64,000 nt of DNA, taken from positions 1,504,001 to 1,568,000 of the forward strand of contig CAWDML010000009.1 of assembly GCA_963803435.1 (NCBI GenBank), read 5' to 3'. Shown piece after piece: positions 30,582 to 41,456 of the stretch. The stretch comes from an uncultured delta proteobacterium. GTDB lineage: Bacteria; Myxococcota; Kuafuiibacteriia; Kuafuiibacteriales; Kuafuiibacteriaceae. Below the pieces are notes generated by a model. The model worked only from the letters and a program-made list of their open reading frames with translations, did no database searches and had not been told where the DNA came from. Each line of letters starts with the position of its first letter. Positions within the stretch are counted from its first letter, which is position 1. A program made the translations under genes and the position numbers.

Positions 30582-31823
30582 ATGACCGGACGCGCCAGCC
30601 TCTTCTTCGCCCTCCCGATGCTGCTCGCCGCCGCCGGCGTGGCCTCGGGCGCCTTCTTCGAGGAGGGTCCGAACGGGACCATCTTCCCCAAGCAGAAGAT
30701 CCCGATCTTCTTCAACCACGCCTATCACGTGCGAAAGCCCGACGAGGCCAAGGGGATCACGGGCGAAGGCCTCGAGTGCACCTTCTGCCACGAGAACGTC
30801 TCCAGCTCGGCCCTGTCGAGCGATCGCGACATCCCCGGCCACGACTCGTGCGACTCCTGCCACGACCAGGTGGGGGAGCCCGAGCACTGCTCGTTCTGCC
30901 ACAAGGATCTGCTCGACACCTCGCGGACCACCACGGTCGCCGAGCCGCTCTTGATCCCGCAGCCGAACGTGAAGTTCGCTCACGCCTCGCACGTGAAGAA
31001 CGGCGTCGAGTGCGTGGCCTGCCACAAGAACGTGCCGAACGAGGGCGTCGCCACCCGCGACGACTATCCGACGATGGATCGCTGCATCGAATGCCACAAG
31101 GAGCGCAGCGTCTCCACCGAGTGCCGCACCTGCCACTTCACGACCCGGGACGGGAAGGTCCAGAAGTACTACCCGAGCGGCGAGCTGAAGCCGACGCGCT
31201 ACCACAGCTTCGCGGTGCACGACCCCAAGTTCCTGGACGATCACGCGGTGCCGGCCCAGCGCAACAAGCAGTACTGCGCCGATTGCCACTCCGAGCGGGA
31301 CTGCCTGGCCTGCCACGACGGCATCGGTCGCGACGTGCGCTATCACCCGGGCGACTGGATCGCGATCCACTACCTGGAGGCGCGGAAGGACGAGCTCCGC
31401 TGCCAGAGCTGCCACCGGCTGCAGACGTTCTGCTTCAACTGCCATCTGCAGAGCGGGGTGGCGAGCATCGGACCCACCAACAACGCGCGCCCGTTCACCT
31501 TCACCCAGCGGACGATCCGCCGCGACGGCGACGTGCCGAACGGGCCCCATCCGATGGGCCCCAAGTGGACCGGCGAGAACCCGGCCGATCGCTCCAGCAA
31601 GCTCTTCCACGGCTTCCACGCGCAGCGGAACATCCGCGCGTGCGTCTCGTGTCACCAGGAGCAGTTCTGCATCCAGTGCCACGGCTCGGCCCTGACCGGC
31701 TCGAGCAGCGGCTTCAACCCGCACGGCCCCAACCCCGAGCGCCTCAAGGGCAGCGCCGCCAGCCAGCACGTGGCGCGCGTCTGCCTGAAGTGCCACAGCC
31801 CAACAGATCCCAACTGGCGGTGA
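30582..31823 (+). CDS. Periplasmic multiheme cytochrome c (13 CxxCH)
   Basis: AGGAGG RBS and signal peptide. Counted CTFCH, CDSCH, CSFCH, CVACH, CIECH, CRTCH, CADCH, CLACH, CQSCH, CFNCH, CVSCH, CIQCH, CLKCH; FNH..H and FAH..H c3/c7-type His motifs. Confidence 0.92.
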   Translation: MTGRASLFFALPMLLAAAGVASGAFFEEGPNGTIFPKQKIPIFFNHAYHVRKPDEAKGITGEGLECTFCHENVSSSALSSDRDIPGHDSCDSCHDQVGEPEHCSFCHKDLLDTSRTTTVAEPLLIPQPNVKFAHASHVKNGVECVACHKNVPNEGVATRDDYPTMDRCIECHKERSVSTECRTCHFTTRDGKVQKYYPSGELKPTRYHSFAVHDPKFLDDHAVPAQRNKQYCADCHSERDCLACHDGIGRDVRYHPGDWIAIHYLEARKDELRCQSCHRLQTFCFNCHLQSGVASIGPTNNARPFTFTQRTIRRDGDVPNGPHPMGPKWTGENPADRSSKLFHGFHAQRNIRACVSCHQEQFCIQCHGSALTGSSSGFNPHGPNPERLKGSAASQHVARVCLKCHSPTDPNWR

Positions 31824-33586
31824 TGACGATGTACCGAGAGCGACTGGCCGCCGTGCGGCGGCAGATGGAGAAGATGGGCGTCGACGTGATGTTGGTGCGC
31901 TCGGCGGACCGATACCTCAACGAGTACGTGCCGCCCGACGAGTCGGCCCGCATCTGGATCACCGGCTTCAACGGCTCGATGGGCGAGGCCGTCCTCACCA
32001 AGGACAAGGCGTTCCTCGCGGTCGATGGGCGCTACTGGCTCCAGGCGGAGCAGCAGGTCGATCCCAAGCTCTGGGAGGTCGTGCGGGTCGAGCTCGGCAC
32101 CGGGATCGACGGCGCCATCGCCGCGGTGGTGCGGCGCCTGGTGGCCGAGGGCGGGCCGAAGAAGGTCCGGGTCGGCTTCGAGCCGGATCGGATCACGCCC
32201 AGCCAGCTCGACGCGTTCAAGCAGGCCGTGGGCGAGGGGCCGGTCTGGAAGGCCATGTTCCCCTCGCCGGTCGAGCAGGCCCGCGGCCTCGAGCGACCGC
32301 CCCCCCGCGAGGGCAAGATCCGGCTGGTCGACGAGAAGAAGGTGGGCCGCACCGTCACCGAGAAGCTGGCCGAGCTGGGCCAGCGACTCGACGAGCTGGC
32401 AGTGGACGCGCTCCTGGTCCAGAAGCTCGACGAGATCGCCTATCTCTCCAACCTGCGCGGCGACGAGCTGCCCTACCAGGCCACCTTCAAGTCGATCGCG
32501 CTGGCGACCAAGGAGAGCCTGTTCATCGGCATCGATCCGGCGAAGGTCGACAGCTCGATCCGGGTGGCGCGCGACAAGATCCTCTTCGTGCCCGAGGCCG
32601 AGTTCTGGACCCTGATGGGGAAGAAGTCCAAGCGCCGCCGGATCGCCTACGACCCCGCCGACAACACCGAGCAGGGCCGGCTCGCCATCGAGAAGACCGG
32701 CGCCGAGGCCGTCCCGGTGATCACGCCGATCGCGTCGATGAAGGCGAAGAAGAACAAGGCCGAGCTGGCGGCGATGGTGGGCGCCTTCGCCCGCGCCGAC
32801 GGCGTGGTCACTGCCGCCAGCGAGTGGCTCTGCGATCAGGTGGTGGTGAAGAAGAAGAAGGTGACCGAGTACGACTTCGCGCAGAAGGTCAGCGAGCTGT
32901 TCACCGCGTCCGGAGCCACCGGGTTGTCGTTCAAGATCATCAGCGCGGCCGGGAAGAACGGCGCGATCATCCACTACAGCGATCCCAGCCAGAGCCGCAC
33001 CATCAAGAAGGGCGAGCTGATGCTCCTCGACACCGGCGCGTACTTCTACGAGGGGTACGCCACCGATCTGACGCGGACGTTCCTGGTCGACGCGCCCTCC
33101 GGCAAGGCGGACGCGAAGGCCAAGCGCTACTACACGCTCGTCCTCAAGGCCGCGATCGCCGGGATGAGGGCAGTGCTGCCCGCCGGCGCGAGCGGAGCCG
33201 CGCTCGACGCGATCGTCCGCGCCCCGCTCTGGACCGAAGGGCTCAACTACAACCACGGCACGGGCCACGGCGTCGGCATCAACGTTCACGAGTATCCGCC
33301 GCGGATCTCGCCGACCGGCGCCTCGGTCCTGGAGGAGGGCTTCGTCTTCTCCATCGAGCCGGGCGTGTACCTGCCCGCGTTCGGCGGCATCCGGATCGAG
33401 AACCTGTGCACGGTGGAGAAGGCGCCCAAGATGCCGGGCTTCCTCCGCGTCAAGCCGCTCACCTTCGCCCCGCTCGACAAGCGTTTGATCGAGACGAAGA
33501 TGCTCTCGCCCGAAGAGAAGACCTGGCTCGCGGACTACGAGAAGCGGAGCAAGACCGTCACCCGCCGCGGTTCCGCCAGCTCATGA
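31823..33586 (+). CDS. Xaa-Pro aminopeptidase (M24B)
   Basis: ITGFNGSMG, DGRYWLQA, LLDTGA, TDLTRT, HGTGHGVG..VHE.P, SIEPGVY, GIRIEN; TGATG overlap with the cytochrome gene. Confidence 0.92.
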   Translation: MTMYRERLAAVRRQMEKMGVDVMLVRSADRYLNEYVPPDESARIWITGFNGSMGEAVLTKDKAFLAVDGRYWLQAEQQVDPKLWEVVRVELGTGIDGAIAAVVRRLVAEGGPKKVRVGFEPDRITPSQLDAFKQAVGEGPVWKAMFPSPVEQARGLERPPPREGKIRLVDEKKVGRTVTEKLAELGQRLDELAVDALLVQKLDEIAYLSNLRGDELPYQATFKSIALATKESLFIGIDPAKVDSSIRVARDKILFVPEAEFWTLMGKKSKRRRIAYDPADNTEQGRLAIEKTGAEAVPVITPIASMKAKKNKAELAAMVGAFARADGVVTAASEWLCDQVVVKKKKVTEYDFAQKVSELFTASGATGLSFKIISAAGKNGAIIHYSDPSQSRTIKKGELMLLDTGAYFYEGYATDLTRTFLVDAPSGKADAKAKRYYTLVLKAAIAGMRAVLPAGASGAALDAIVRAPLWTEGLNYNHGTGHGVGINVHEYPPRISPTGASVLEEGFVFSIEPGVYLPAFGGIRIENLCTVEKAPKMPGFLRVKPLTFAPLDKRLIETKMLSPEEKTWLADYEKRSKTVTRRGSASS

Positions 33587-35564
33587 TTGACTGCGTCACC
33601 TTCTCGGGCGTCAGCCCGAAGTGCTCGTAGACCTTCTCGTAAGGCGCGCTCTCGCCGAAGGTGTCGACGCCCAGGTTGAGGCCGCTGGTGCCGGTCAGGC
33701 TCTGCCATGGCGGCGTGCGGCCCGCCTCGATGGAGACCTTCTTCAGGGCCACCGGCAGCACGCTCTCCCGGTAGGCGGCGTCCTGGGCCAGGAACTGCTC
33801 CACCGAGGGCATCGAGACCACGCGGGCCTTCACGCCCTGGGCCTCGAGCAGCTTCCCTGCGCGCACCGCCAGCCCCACCTCGCTCCCGGTGGCCATGATC
33901 GCGACGTCGGCGCCGGCCCGATCCTCGAGCACGTAGCCGCCGCGCCAGACCGACCTCGGATCGAAGCCGGCGGGGCGCACCAGCGTGTCCACGTTCTGGC
34001 GCGTGAACACGAGCGCATGCGGCCCGTCCTCGCCCTGCCCCGCCGCGTAGCTCCACGCCATCGCGGTCTCGACGCCGTCGGCCGGGCGCCACACGTGGAA
34101 GCCGGGGATGAGCCGGAGCGCCCACAGCTGCTCCACGGCCTGGTGCGTGGGCCCGTCCTCCCCGAGACCGATCGAGTCGTGCGTGAAGACCATCAGCGCG
34201 CGGGCCTTCATCAACGCCGCCAGCCGCAGCGACGGACGCATGTAATCCGAGAAGACCAGGAAGGTGGCGCCGAAGGGGATGAACGGTCCGTACAGGGCCA
34301 TGCCGTTCACCGCCGCCGCCATCCCGTGCTCGCGCACGCCGAAGTGGATGTTGCGTCCGGAGAACTCGTTCTTCGCCAGATGCGGGCTGTCCTTGATGGT
34401 GTTCTTGTTGGAGCCGGCCAGGTCCGCCGAGCCGCCCACCAGCGCGGGGACGAGCGGCGCGAGCGCGTTGATCGCGGTGCCGGACATGTTGCGCGTGGCG
34501 CCCTTGGCGTCTTTCAGCTGGGCGAGCGCGGCCTCGACGGCGGCCTCGGGCACGCTCCGGCTCCACGAGGTCTCCCACGAAGCTGCCCGCTCCGCGTTCG
34601 CTTTCTTCCAGCCGGCCATCCCGGTCTTCCAGGCGGCGTGGGCTGCGCGCCCGCGATCGGCGGCCGCACCGAACAGCGCCCGGACCTCCTCGGGCACGTC
34701 GAAGGGCGGGCGGGTCCAGCCGAGCTTCTCCTTGGTGAGCTTCGCCTCCTCCTCACCGAGGGCCTCGCCGTGCGCCTTGGCGGTGCCCTCGCGGTGCGGG
34801 CTCCCGTACCCAATCCGGGTCTTGGCCAGGATCAGCGACGGCCGATCGAGCACCTTCTGGGCCTCCTCGACCGCCTGCCTGGCGGCGGCCTGATCGTGTC
34901 CGTCGATCCGGAGCGTGTGCCAACCGTAGGCCTGATAGCGACGCTCGACGTCCTCGGTCAGCGAGATCGCGGTGCTGCCGTCGATCGTGATCGAGTTGTC
35001 GTCGTAGAAGAAGATCAGCTCGCCCAGCCCCAGGTGGCCCGCGAGCGACGCCGCCTCGCTGGTGACGCCCTCCATCATGCAGCCGTCGCCCATGATCCCG
35101 TAGACGCGGTGGGTGATCGGATCGAAGCCGTGCCCGTTCCAGCGCGCCTTCGCCATCCGCGTCGCCATCGCCATCCCCACGGCGTTCGCGAAGCCCTGAC
35201 CGAGCGGGCCGGTGGTGGTCTCGACCCCGGGCGTGAGCCCCCGCTCCGGATGCCCGGGCGTCTTGCTGCCGAGCTGACGAAAGCGCCGGATCTCGTCCAT
35301 CGAGAGCGCGTAGCCGGAGAGGTGGAGCATCGCGTACAACAGCATCGACGCGTGGCCGTTGGAGAGGACGAACCGGTCTCGGTTCTCCCAGTGAGGCGAA
35401 TCGGGATCGAAGGTCATCACCTCGCCCCAGAGCACGACGGCAATGTCGGCGAGACCCATCGGCGCCCCGGGGTGGCCGCTGTCGGCCTTGTTCACGGCGT
35501 CGATCGCGAGGGCACGGATGGTATTTGCGGCGAGATTGCGGAGCTCCGGGGTGAGGGCGGTCAT
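33558..35564 (-). CDS. tkt: Transketolase
   Basis: SGHPGAPMG, NRDRFVLSNGH, TTGPLGQG, GDGCMMEG, HFGVREHGM, THDSIGLGEDGPTHQ. Confidence 0.97.
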   Translation of the reverse strand: MTALTPELRNLAANTIRALAIDAVNKADSGHPGAPMGLADIAVVLWGEVMTFDPDSPHWENRDRFVLSNGHASMLLYAMLHLSGYALSMDEIRRFRQLGSKTPGHPERGLTPGVETTTGPLGQGFANAVGMAMATRMAKARWNGHGFDPITHRVYGIMGDGCMMEGVTSEAASLAGHLGLGELIFFYDDNSITIDGSTAISLTEDVERRYQAYGWHTLRIDGHDQAAARQAVEEAQKVLDRPSLILAKTRIGYGSPHREGTAKAHGEALGEEEAKLTKEKLGWTRPPFDVPEEVRALFGAAADRGRAAHAAWKTGMAGWKKANAERAASWETSWSRSVPEAAVEAALAQLKDAKGATRNMSGTAINALAPLVPALVGGSADLAGSNKNTIKDSPHLAKNEFSGRNIHFGVREHGMAAAVNGMALYGPFIPFGATFLVFSDYMRPSLRLAALMKARALMVFTHDSIGLGEDGPTHQAVEQLWALRLIPGFHVWRPADGVETAMAWSYAAGQGEDGPHALVFTRQNVDTLVRPAGFDPRSVWRGGYVLEDRAGADVAIMATGSEVGLAVRAGKLLEAQGVKARVVSMPSVEQFLAQDAAYRESVLPVALKKVSIEAGRTPPWQSLTGTSGLNLGVDTFGESAPYEKVYEHFGLTPEKVTQSIMSWRNRGG

Positions 35565-35618
35565 GAGAGCTCGCTTAGCCAAGCGTGCTCCGGTTGACCA
35601 GCACCGAAATCGGCAGGA

Positions 35619-36488
35619 ATGCTGCGCCCCGTGCTGAAACTCCGACACGCCGCGCTCGTGGCCGGCTGTGCGCTTCTGGTCGCTTGCCCCAGCGAGCAAC
35701 CGCAGCCAGGCGGAAGCGACGCCGAGACCACCTCGATCGGCCGATCGATCGTCACGTCGACCCGATCGGCGACGGCCACCGGTACCACCGCAGGGAAGAC
35801 GACCGTCCCTCCTTCCACGCCGTGCACCGCCGGACCCGCGTGGATCGGGGTCTCACCGTGCACCCAGGGCGGGTACCTGTATGGCAGCGGCGAGTTCAAG
35901 GGCGAGGCCACCACGTATCTCGCCCGCGCCACCGCGGCCAGCCGAGCCCGCAAGCGCATCGCGCAGGCCCTCGGCGCCCACGACAACGATGAGTTCACGC
36001 TCCAGAACTCGGAGATCGACCAGGTCTTCGCTTGCGAGGGCGTCACGCACGCGCTGGCCCGCGTCCCGGTGAAGGTGGACAGCTTCAAGGCCTGCGCCCC
36101 CGGTGCGCTCGATCCCGAGCCGCCGGCCAAGGGCTGCCCAGCGTGGGTGTCGCGGATGACGTGGCGCGAGGGCGACGTCTTCTACGCCGTCGCGCCCATG
36201 TTCCGGGTGATGCGGCGGTCGATGGCCGAGCAGTCGGCGGTCAACCGCGCCCGGCAGATGGTGGCCGAGATGCTCCAGGTTCGGCTCGCGATCACCAACG
36301 AGGGCGTCACCAGCAGCGTCGAGCCGACAGCCATCCGCCAGACCGGGAAGACCGCCGTCGACTGCAACGGCTCGCGCTGGCTCAAGGTCGCGTTTGAGCG
36401 CGGACCCTCGGACGCCCCCATGCTGCACGGGCGCGGCGGTCGCCTCGGTGGGCAGCTGCAACCGAAGAACAAGAAGAAGAAGCCGTAG
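35619..36488 (+). CDS. Lipoprotein with two LPP20-like repeats
   Basis: Lipobox LVAC, Thr-rich linker, two P.W(I/V)...A..RAR repeats. Confidence 0.55.
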   Translation: MLRPVLKLRHAALVAGCALLVACPSEQPQPGGSDAETTSIGRSIVTSTRSATATGTTAGKTTVPPSTPCTAGPAWIGVSPCTQGGYLYGSGEFKGEATTYLARATAASRARKRIAQALGAHDNDEFTLQNSEIDQVFACEGVTHALARVPVKVDSFKACAPGALDPEPPAKGCPAWVSRMTWREGDVFYAVAPMFRVMRRSMAEQSAVNRARQMVAEMLQVRLAITNEGVTSSVEPTAIRQTGKTAVDCNGSRWLKVAFERGPSDAPMLHGRGGRLGGQLQPKNKKKKP

Positions 36489-36491
36489 CGC

Positions 36492-37771
36492 GTGACCGCC
36501 CTGGCGCAGAAGGAGCGGCCGCACGTGCTCATCATCGGCGGCGGCTTCGGCGGCCTCACCGCGGCGCAGTCGCTCGGAGGTGAGCCGGTCGACGTCACGC
36601 TGGTCGATCGCGCGAACCATCACCTCTTTCAACCGCTCCTCTATCAGGTGGCGATGGCAGGACTCTCGCCGGCGGAGATCGCGCTCCCGATCCGAAGCCT
36701 GCTCCGGCGCCACCGGAACGTTCGCGTCTTCCTGGGCGAGGTGGTCGCGATCGATCTCGAGAGACACCGCATCGATCTCGCGGATGGATCGGTTCTCACC
36801 TACGACTTCCTCATCCTCGCCGCCGGCGCGCGCACGACCTACTTTGGACATGACAGCTGGGCGACGTACGCGCTCGGCCTCAAGAGCGTCGACGACGCGG
36901 TCGAGATCCGGCGACGGGTGCTCCTCGAGTTCGAGTACGCCGAGCGCTCTGAGGACGAGGCCGAGCGAAGCCACCACCTCACCTTTCCGATCATCGGCGC
37001 CGGACCGACCGGCGTGGAGCTGGCCGGGGCGCTGGCGGAGCTCGCCCACAAGGTGCTGGCCAAGGACTTCCGCCGCATCAACGCCGCCGCCGCCCGCGTC
37101 ATCCTGCTCGAGGGAGGTCCGCGGGTGCTGCCGACCTTCGACGAGACGCTCTCCGCCTCCGCCGAGCGCCAGCTCCGCGATCTCGGCGTCGAGGTCCGCA
37201 CCCACACGATGGTCCGCGACATCGACGCTCGCGGCGTGCACCTCGACGACGGCATCATCGAGGCCGGCGTCGTCATCTGGGCCGCCGGCGTGGGTGCGAG
37301 CCCTCTCGCCTCCGCCCTCGGCGTTCCGCTCGATTCGGGCGGGCCGCATCCCGGTCAACCCCGACTGCAGCATCGGCGACCACTCCGACGCCTTCGCCAT
37401 CGGCGACATCGCGCGCTTCGAACAGGACGGCAAGCCGCTCCCTGGCGTCAGCCAGACCGCGATGCAGCAGGCGCGCGCGGCGGCCAAGAACATCCTCCGC
37501 ACGATGCACGGCGAGGCGCGCCAGCCGTTCCACTACTTCGACAAGGGCTCGATGGCGACTATCGGCCGCTCACACGCCATCGCCGAGAATCGGGCGCCTG
37601 CGCCTCTCCGGTCTGGTTGCGTGGCTCGCGTGGCTGCTGGTCCATCTCTGGTACCTGATCGGTTTCAAGAACCGGGTGTTCGTGCTGTTGCAGTGGGTGT
37701 GGAGCTACGTGATGTACCGGCGCGGAGCGCGGTTGATCACCGGGCCGCGCGCCCGGAGCGGACCGACGTAG
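36492..37771 (+). CDS. ndh: Type II NADH dehydrogenase (frameshifts at ~37340 and ~37590)
   Basis: GGGFGG, HLFQPLLYQVA, GAGPTGVELAG, then FAIGD, AMQQA, F.YFDKGSMATIGR and WLLVHL in shifted frames. Confidence 0.88.
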
Positions 37772-37805
37772 CGCCCTGGAACCCAATGATCCAGTGCTGC
37801 CGCCC

Positions 37806-39992
37806 TCAGGGATCGAGACGGAGCGTGGGGAGCCCGTCCTCGAGGTGGATCCTTCCTTTGCCGCGGGCGAAGGCGGCCTTGCGGGTCTTGCCCTTCGAGA
37901 GGAGGTCGCCGAGCTCCCGGGGCGTGAGCGAGCGGCCCTCGAACACAAAGGGCACCGTGAACCCGCAACCGGTCCGCCAGTGCGCGCAGCCCCAGGCCTG
38001 GCGGCCGGGGACGATGCCCTCGCGCCGGCAGCGAGGACACACCAGGTGTTGCAAGACATCTTGCAGCGGCACGTCTTTTCTCGGCGGCCTCCGCTCGATC
38101 CGCCCGCCCGCGATCTTCTCCACCGCGTCCCGCACGAACGCCGCCACGTCCGCCATGAACACGGACGCCGGCTCGACGCCCCGGGCGATCCGGAGCAACC
38201 TCGCCTCCCACTCGCCCGTCAGATCCGCCGACCGGAGCGTGGGCACCGGGAGGCGCTCGATCAGCGCGATCCCCTTCTCGGTCGGGCGAAGGTTCTTCCG
38301 CTCGCGCCGCAGGTACTCCCGCTGGATCAACGTCTCGATGATCGAGGCCCGCGTCGCCGGCGTCCCCAGCCCGCGGTCCTTCATGGCTTCCCGGAGCGCT
38401 TCGTCCTCCACGCGCCTGCCGGCGGTCTCCATGGCGCCCAGGAGCGAGGCGTCGCTGTGGCGACGCGGCGGCTCGGTCCGGCCCCGCGTGACCGCGAGCT
38501 TGGCGTCGAGCCGCTCACCCACCGTCACGTCCGGCAGCGTCTGCTCGGACGGGCTCTTCGGCGGCTCCACCGCCTGCCAGCCACGCTCGAGCACCACCCG
38601 GCCCCGAGCCACGAAGCGATCGGGCGGCGGGGGCAGCGCCTCCATGATGGCCTCGCGCGCCGCCTGATCGCGCTTGGGCCGGGAGGCCCGGGCGGTGGCC
38701 AGCAGGATCTCGGTGGAGAGGAAGCGAGCGGCCGGGTGAAAGGCGGCCAGGAAGCGGCGGACGATCAGATCGAAGACCTTCCTCGGATCCTCGGGCAGCG
38801 CCGGCGGGAACACCCCGGTGGGGATGATCGCAGGGTGATCGCCGACCTTGGCATCGTCGACGATGCGCCGGGTGATCGGGAGCGGCGCGCCGATCGCGGA
38901 TGCGAAGGGCCCGTACTGCGGATGGCGCGCGAACGCTTCGATCAAACCCGGGAGCCGATCGCGATCGGCCTCCGTCAGGTAGCGCGACGACGTGCGCGGA
39001 TACGTGATCAGCTTGTGCCGCTCGTAGAGCTCCTGGGCGGCTTGGAGCGTGCGTTCCGCCGAGAACCCGAAGCGCCGGTTGGCCGCCTGCTGGAGCGCGG
39101 TGAGATCGAAGAGCTGCGGCGGCGGCTCCACGATCTCCTTCTTGGTCACATCGACCACCTCGAGCCGTCGATCCGGGGTGGCCGCCCGTACGCGCGCCTC
39201 CAGCGCCGATGCCAGCGCAGCGCTGGCGAGCCGGGTGCCGCCCTCCGGCGAGGTCCAGCGCGCCGCGAAGGTCTCGCCGGCCTGGGTGGCCCGGGCGGTG
39301 AGCTCCCAGAAGTCGCGCGGGATGAAGTGCAGGATCTCCTGCTCGCGCTCGACCAGGAGCGCGAGCGTCGGCGTCTGCACCCGGCCGATCGAGTAGAGGC
39401 CTCCCCGCTCTCGCCGTCCGGGCTTCGCGGGATGACCTCCGTCCTTCTTCCTGGAGGCCAGCGTCATCGCCCGCGTGGCATTGATCCCGACCAGCCAATC
39501 CGCCTCGGAGCGGCAGCGGGCGGCGGCCGCCAGCGCCTCGTAGTCCCGCCCGCGTCCGAGCTCCCGGAACCCGCGCCGGATCGCGTCCGGTGTGAGCGAC
39601 GAGATCCACAGGCGCATGATGGGGAGGCGGCTCTTCGCCCGCTCGTAGACGTAGCGGAAGATCAGCTCGCCCTCACGGCCGGCGTCGCAGGCGTTGATGA
39701 CGACCTCGAAGTCCCGCCGCGCCAAGAGGTCACGGACGATCCGCCACTGCGCGATCGTCCGCTTGGCCGGACGCAGCCGGAAGCGCTCGGGCACCATCGG
39801 CAGCGTCGGCCACGACCAGCGCTTCCAGGAGGGGTCGTACGCGTGCGGCTCCTCGAGCTCGACCAGGTGGCCGATGCACCAGGTGATCGTGTAGCCCTCA
39901 CCGACGAGCGCACCGCCGCCCTTGCCGTGGACGCCGAGCACCCGGGCCAGGTCGCGGGCGACGGACGGCTTCTCCGCGATCACCAGCTTCAC
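37806..39992 (-). CDS. topB: DNA topoisomerase III
   Basis: IAEKPSVA, GHLVEL, DAGREGELIF, GRVQTPTL, ITYPRT, GLGTPATRA and a C-terminal Zn ribbon. Confidence 0.93.
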   Translation of the reverse strand: MKLVIAEKPSVARDLARVLGVHGKGGGALVGEGYTITWCIGHLVELEEPHAYDPSWKRWSWPTLPMVPERFRLRPAKRTIAQWRIVRDLLARRDFEVVINACDAGREGELIFRYVYERAKSRLPIMRLWISSLTPDAIRRGFRELGRGRDYEALAAAARCRSEADWLVGINATRAMTLASRKKDGGHPAKPGRRERGGLYSIGRVQTPTLALLVEREQEILHFIPRDFWELTARATQAGETFAARWTSPEGGTRLASAALASALEARVRAATPDRRLEVVDVTKKEIVEPPPQLFDLTALQQAANRRFGFSAERTLQAAQELYERHKLITYPRTSSRYLTEADRDRLPGLIEAFARHPQYGPFASAIGAPLPITRRIVDDAKVGDHPAIIPTGVFPPALPEDPRKVFDLIVRRFLAAFHPAARFLSTEILLATARASRPKRDQAAREAIMEALPPPPDRFVARGRVVLERGWQAVEPPKSPSEQTLPDVTVGERLDAKLAVTRGRTEPPRRHSDASLLGAMETAGRRVEDEALREAMKDRGLGTPATRASIIETLIQREYLRRERKNLRPTEKGIALIERLPVPTLRSADLTGEWEARLLRIARGVEPASVFMADVAAFVRDAVEKIAGGRIERRPPRKDVPLQDVLQHLVCPRCRREGIVPGRQAWGCAHWRTGCGFTVPFVFEGRSLTPRELGDLLSKGKTRKAAFARGKGRIHLEDGLPTLRLDP

Positions 39993-40118
39993 GCCGGCGA
40001 GTCCTACCAGACCGGGCCCGTCGGGCGTGTCTCAAACCGTTCCGCGGCGGCCTCCGCTAACTCATCAAAAACAAAGGATTTTGATTCGTACCGGATAGAT
40101 GTTTAGAATGCGAAGGAT

Positions 40119-41456
40119 ATGGCGCGCGTCCTCTGGTTGTCCTTGTCCATCTCTCTGTCGCTCGCCCTCGCCGCCTGCAAGAAGGACCGGCCCGAGGACT
40201 CCATCCTCCTGCTGACGATCGACACGCTCCGGGCGGATCACCTCCACACGTACGGCTACTTCCGGAAGACCTCGCCCCGGATCGACGCCTTCGGCGAGGA
40301 AGCGCTGCTCTTCGAGCACGCCATCACGCCGATGGCCACCACACTGCCGGCGCACCTGTCGATGATGACCTCGACGCGCCCGCTCCGCCACGGCGTGGTG
40401 AGAAACGGCCTCCGCTTCGAGCCCGACGCGCACCTCACCAGCCTCGCGATGATGCTCTCGAGGGCCGGGTACACCACCGCCGCGTTCGTCTCGGCCGCGC
40501 CGGTGTCAAAGGGCTCAGGGATCAACGCCGGCTTCACCGACTTCGACGAGCCCGACGGCACCAACCGGCGCGCGGAGGAGACGGTGAGCGACGCGCTCGC
40601 CTGGTTCGAGGCCCACGCCAAGGACGACCAGCCGTTCTTCGTCTGGATCCACCTCTTCGATCCCCACGACCCCTACGATCCGCCCGGCGAGTACGCGAAG
40701 GCGTTCACCAAGTCCGAGGCCGAGGAGCGCTTCGTCGTGAGCACGGGCGCCCGGCCGATCCACCGTCTGGGCAAGCACGAGTACGACGTTCTCGACATCA
40801 ACAACCGCTACGACGGCGAGATCCTCTACGCCGACGCGCAGGTGGGCCGGCTCTTCGATCGCCTCGGCGAGCTGGGCACGTACGACGACACGACCATCGT
40901 GCTCGCTGCGGATCACGGCGAGGGCCTGTGGCAGCACAACTGGCACGATCACGGGCGGATCTACAACGAGCAGATCTTCGTGCCGTTGATCGTGAAGCCG
41001 CCCGAGAGCGAGGACCTCGAGCCCCGCCGGATCTCCGCGCTCGCCTCCACGCTCGACATCGTCCCCACGCTCGACGGCATGCTCGATCTGCCGCTGACCG
41101 ACGCCGAGCGCGCGCAGCTCGAGGGCGTCGATCTCCTCCAGGATCGGCGGGCGTTCGTGTTCTCGCAGCGGGTCGAGGTCCACCGGCGCGGCTGGGAGCG
41201 CGGTGACAAGTTTGCCCTCTCCACGCCCGAGTGGAAGCTGTTCGCGCTGAGCGACGGCGACGACCAGCTCTTCGACGTCGTCGACGATCCCCACGAGCTC
41301 GAGAACGTGATCGACGCCCACCCGAACGTGGCGGTCTCGATGAAGCGACAGGTCAACTCCATCCTGGCCGGCTACCTGGCGAAGAACGCGGCCCCGCGCA
41401 AGCGGGTGGATCACGCTCTGATCGAGAAGCTCCGGGCGCTCGGATACCTCGAATGA
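40119..41456 (+). CDS. Sulfatase-like lipoprotein (alkaline phosphatase superfamily)
   Basis: Lipobox LAAC; IDTLRADH, TLPAHLSMMT, FDPHDPY, ADHGE. Confidence 0.85.
   Translation: MARVLWLSLSISLSLALAACKKDRPEDSILLLTIDTLRADHLHTYGYFRKTSPRIDAFGEEALLFEHAITPMATTLPAHLSMMTSTRPLRHGVVRNGLRFEPDAHLTSLAMMLSRAGYTTAAFVSAAPVSKGSGINAGFTDFDEPDGTNRRAEETVSDALAWFEAHAKDDQPFFVWIHLFDPHDPYDPPGEYAKAFTKSEAEERFVVSTGARPIHRLGKHEYDVLDINNRYDGEILYADAQVGRLFDRLGELGTYDDTTIVLAADHGEGLWQHNWHDHGRIYNEQIFVPLIVKPPESEDLEPRRISALASTLDIVPTLDGMLDLPLTDAERAQLEGVDLLQDRRAFVFSQRVEVHRRGWERGDKFALSTPEWKLFALSDGDDQLFDVVDDPHELENVIDAHPNVAVSMKRQVNSILAGYLAKNAAPRKRVDHALIEKLRALGYLE

Noticed and set aside
30776-33586. 936-aa ORF suggesting an N-terminally extended aminopeptidase
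   Set aside because: The first ~350 codons are an off-frame read of the cytochrome gene; the real start is at the TGATG overlap at 31823.
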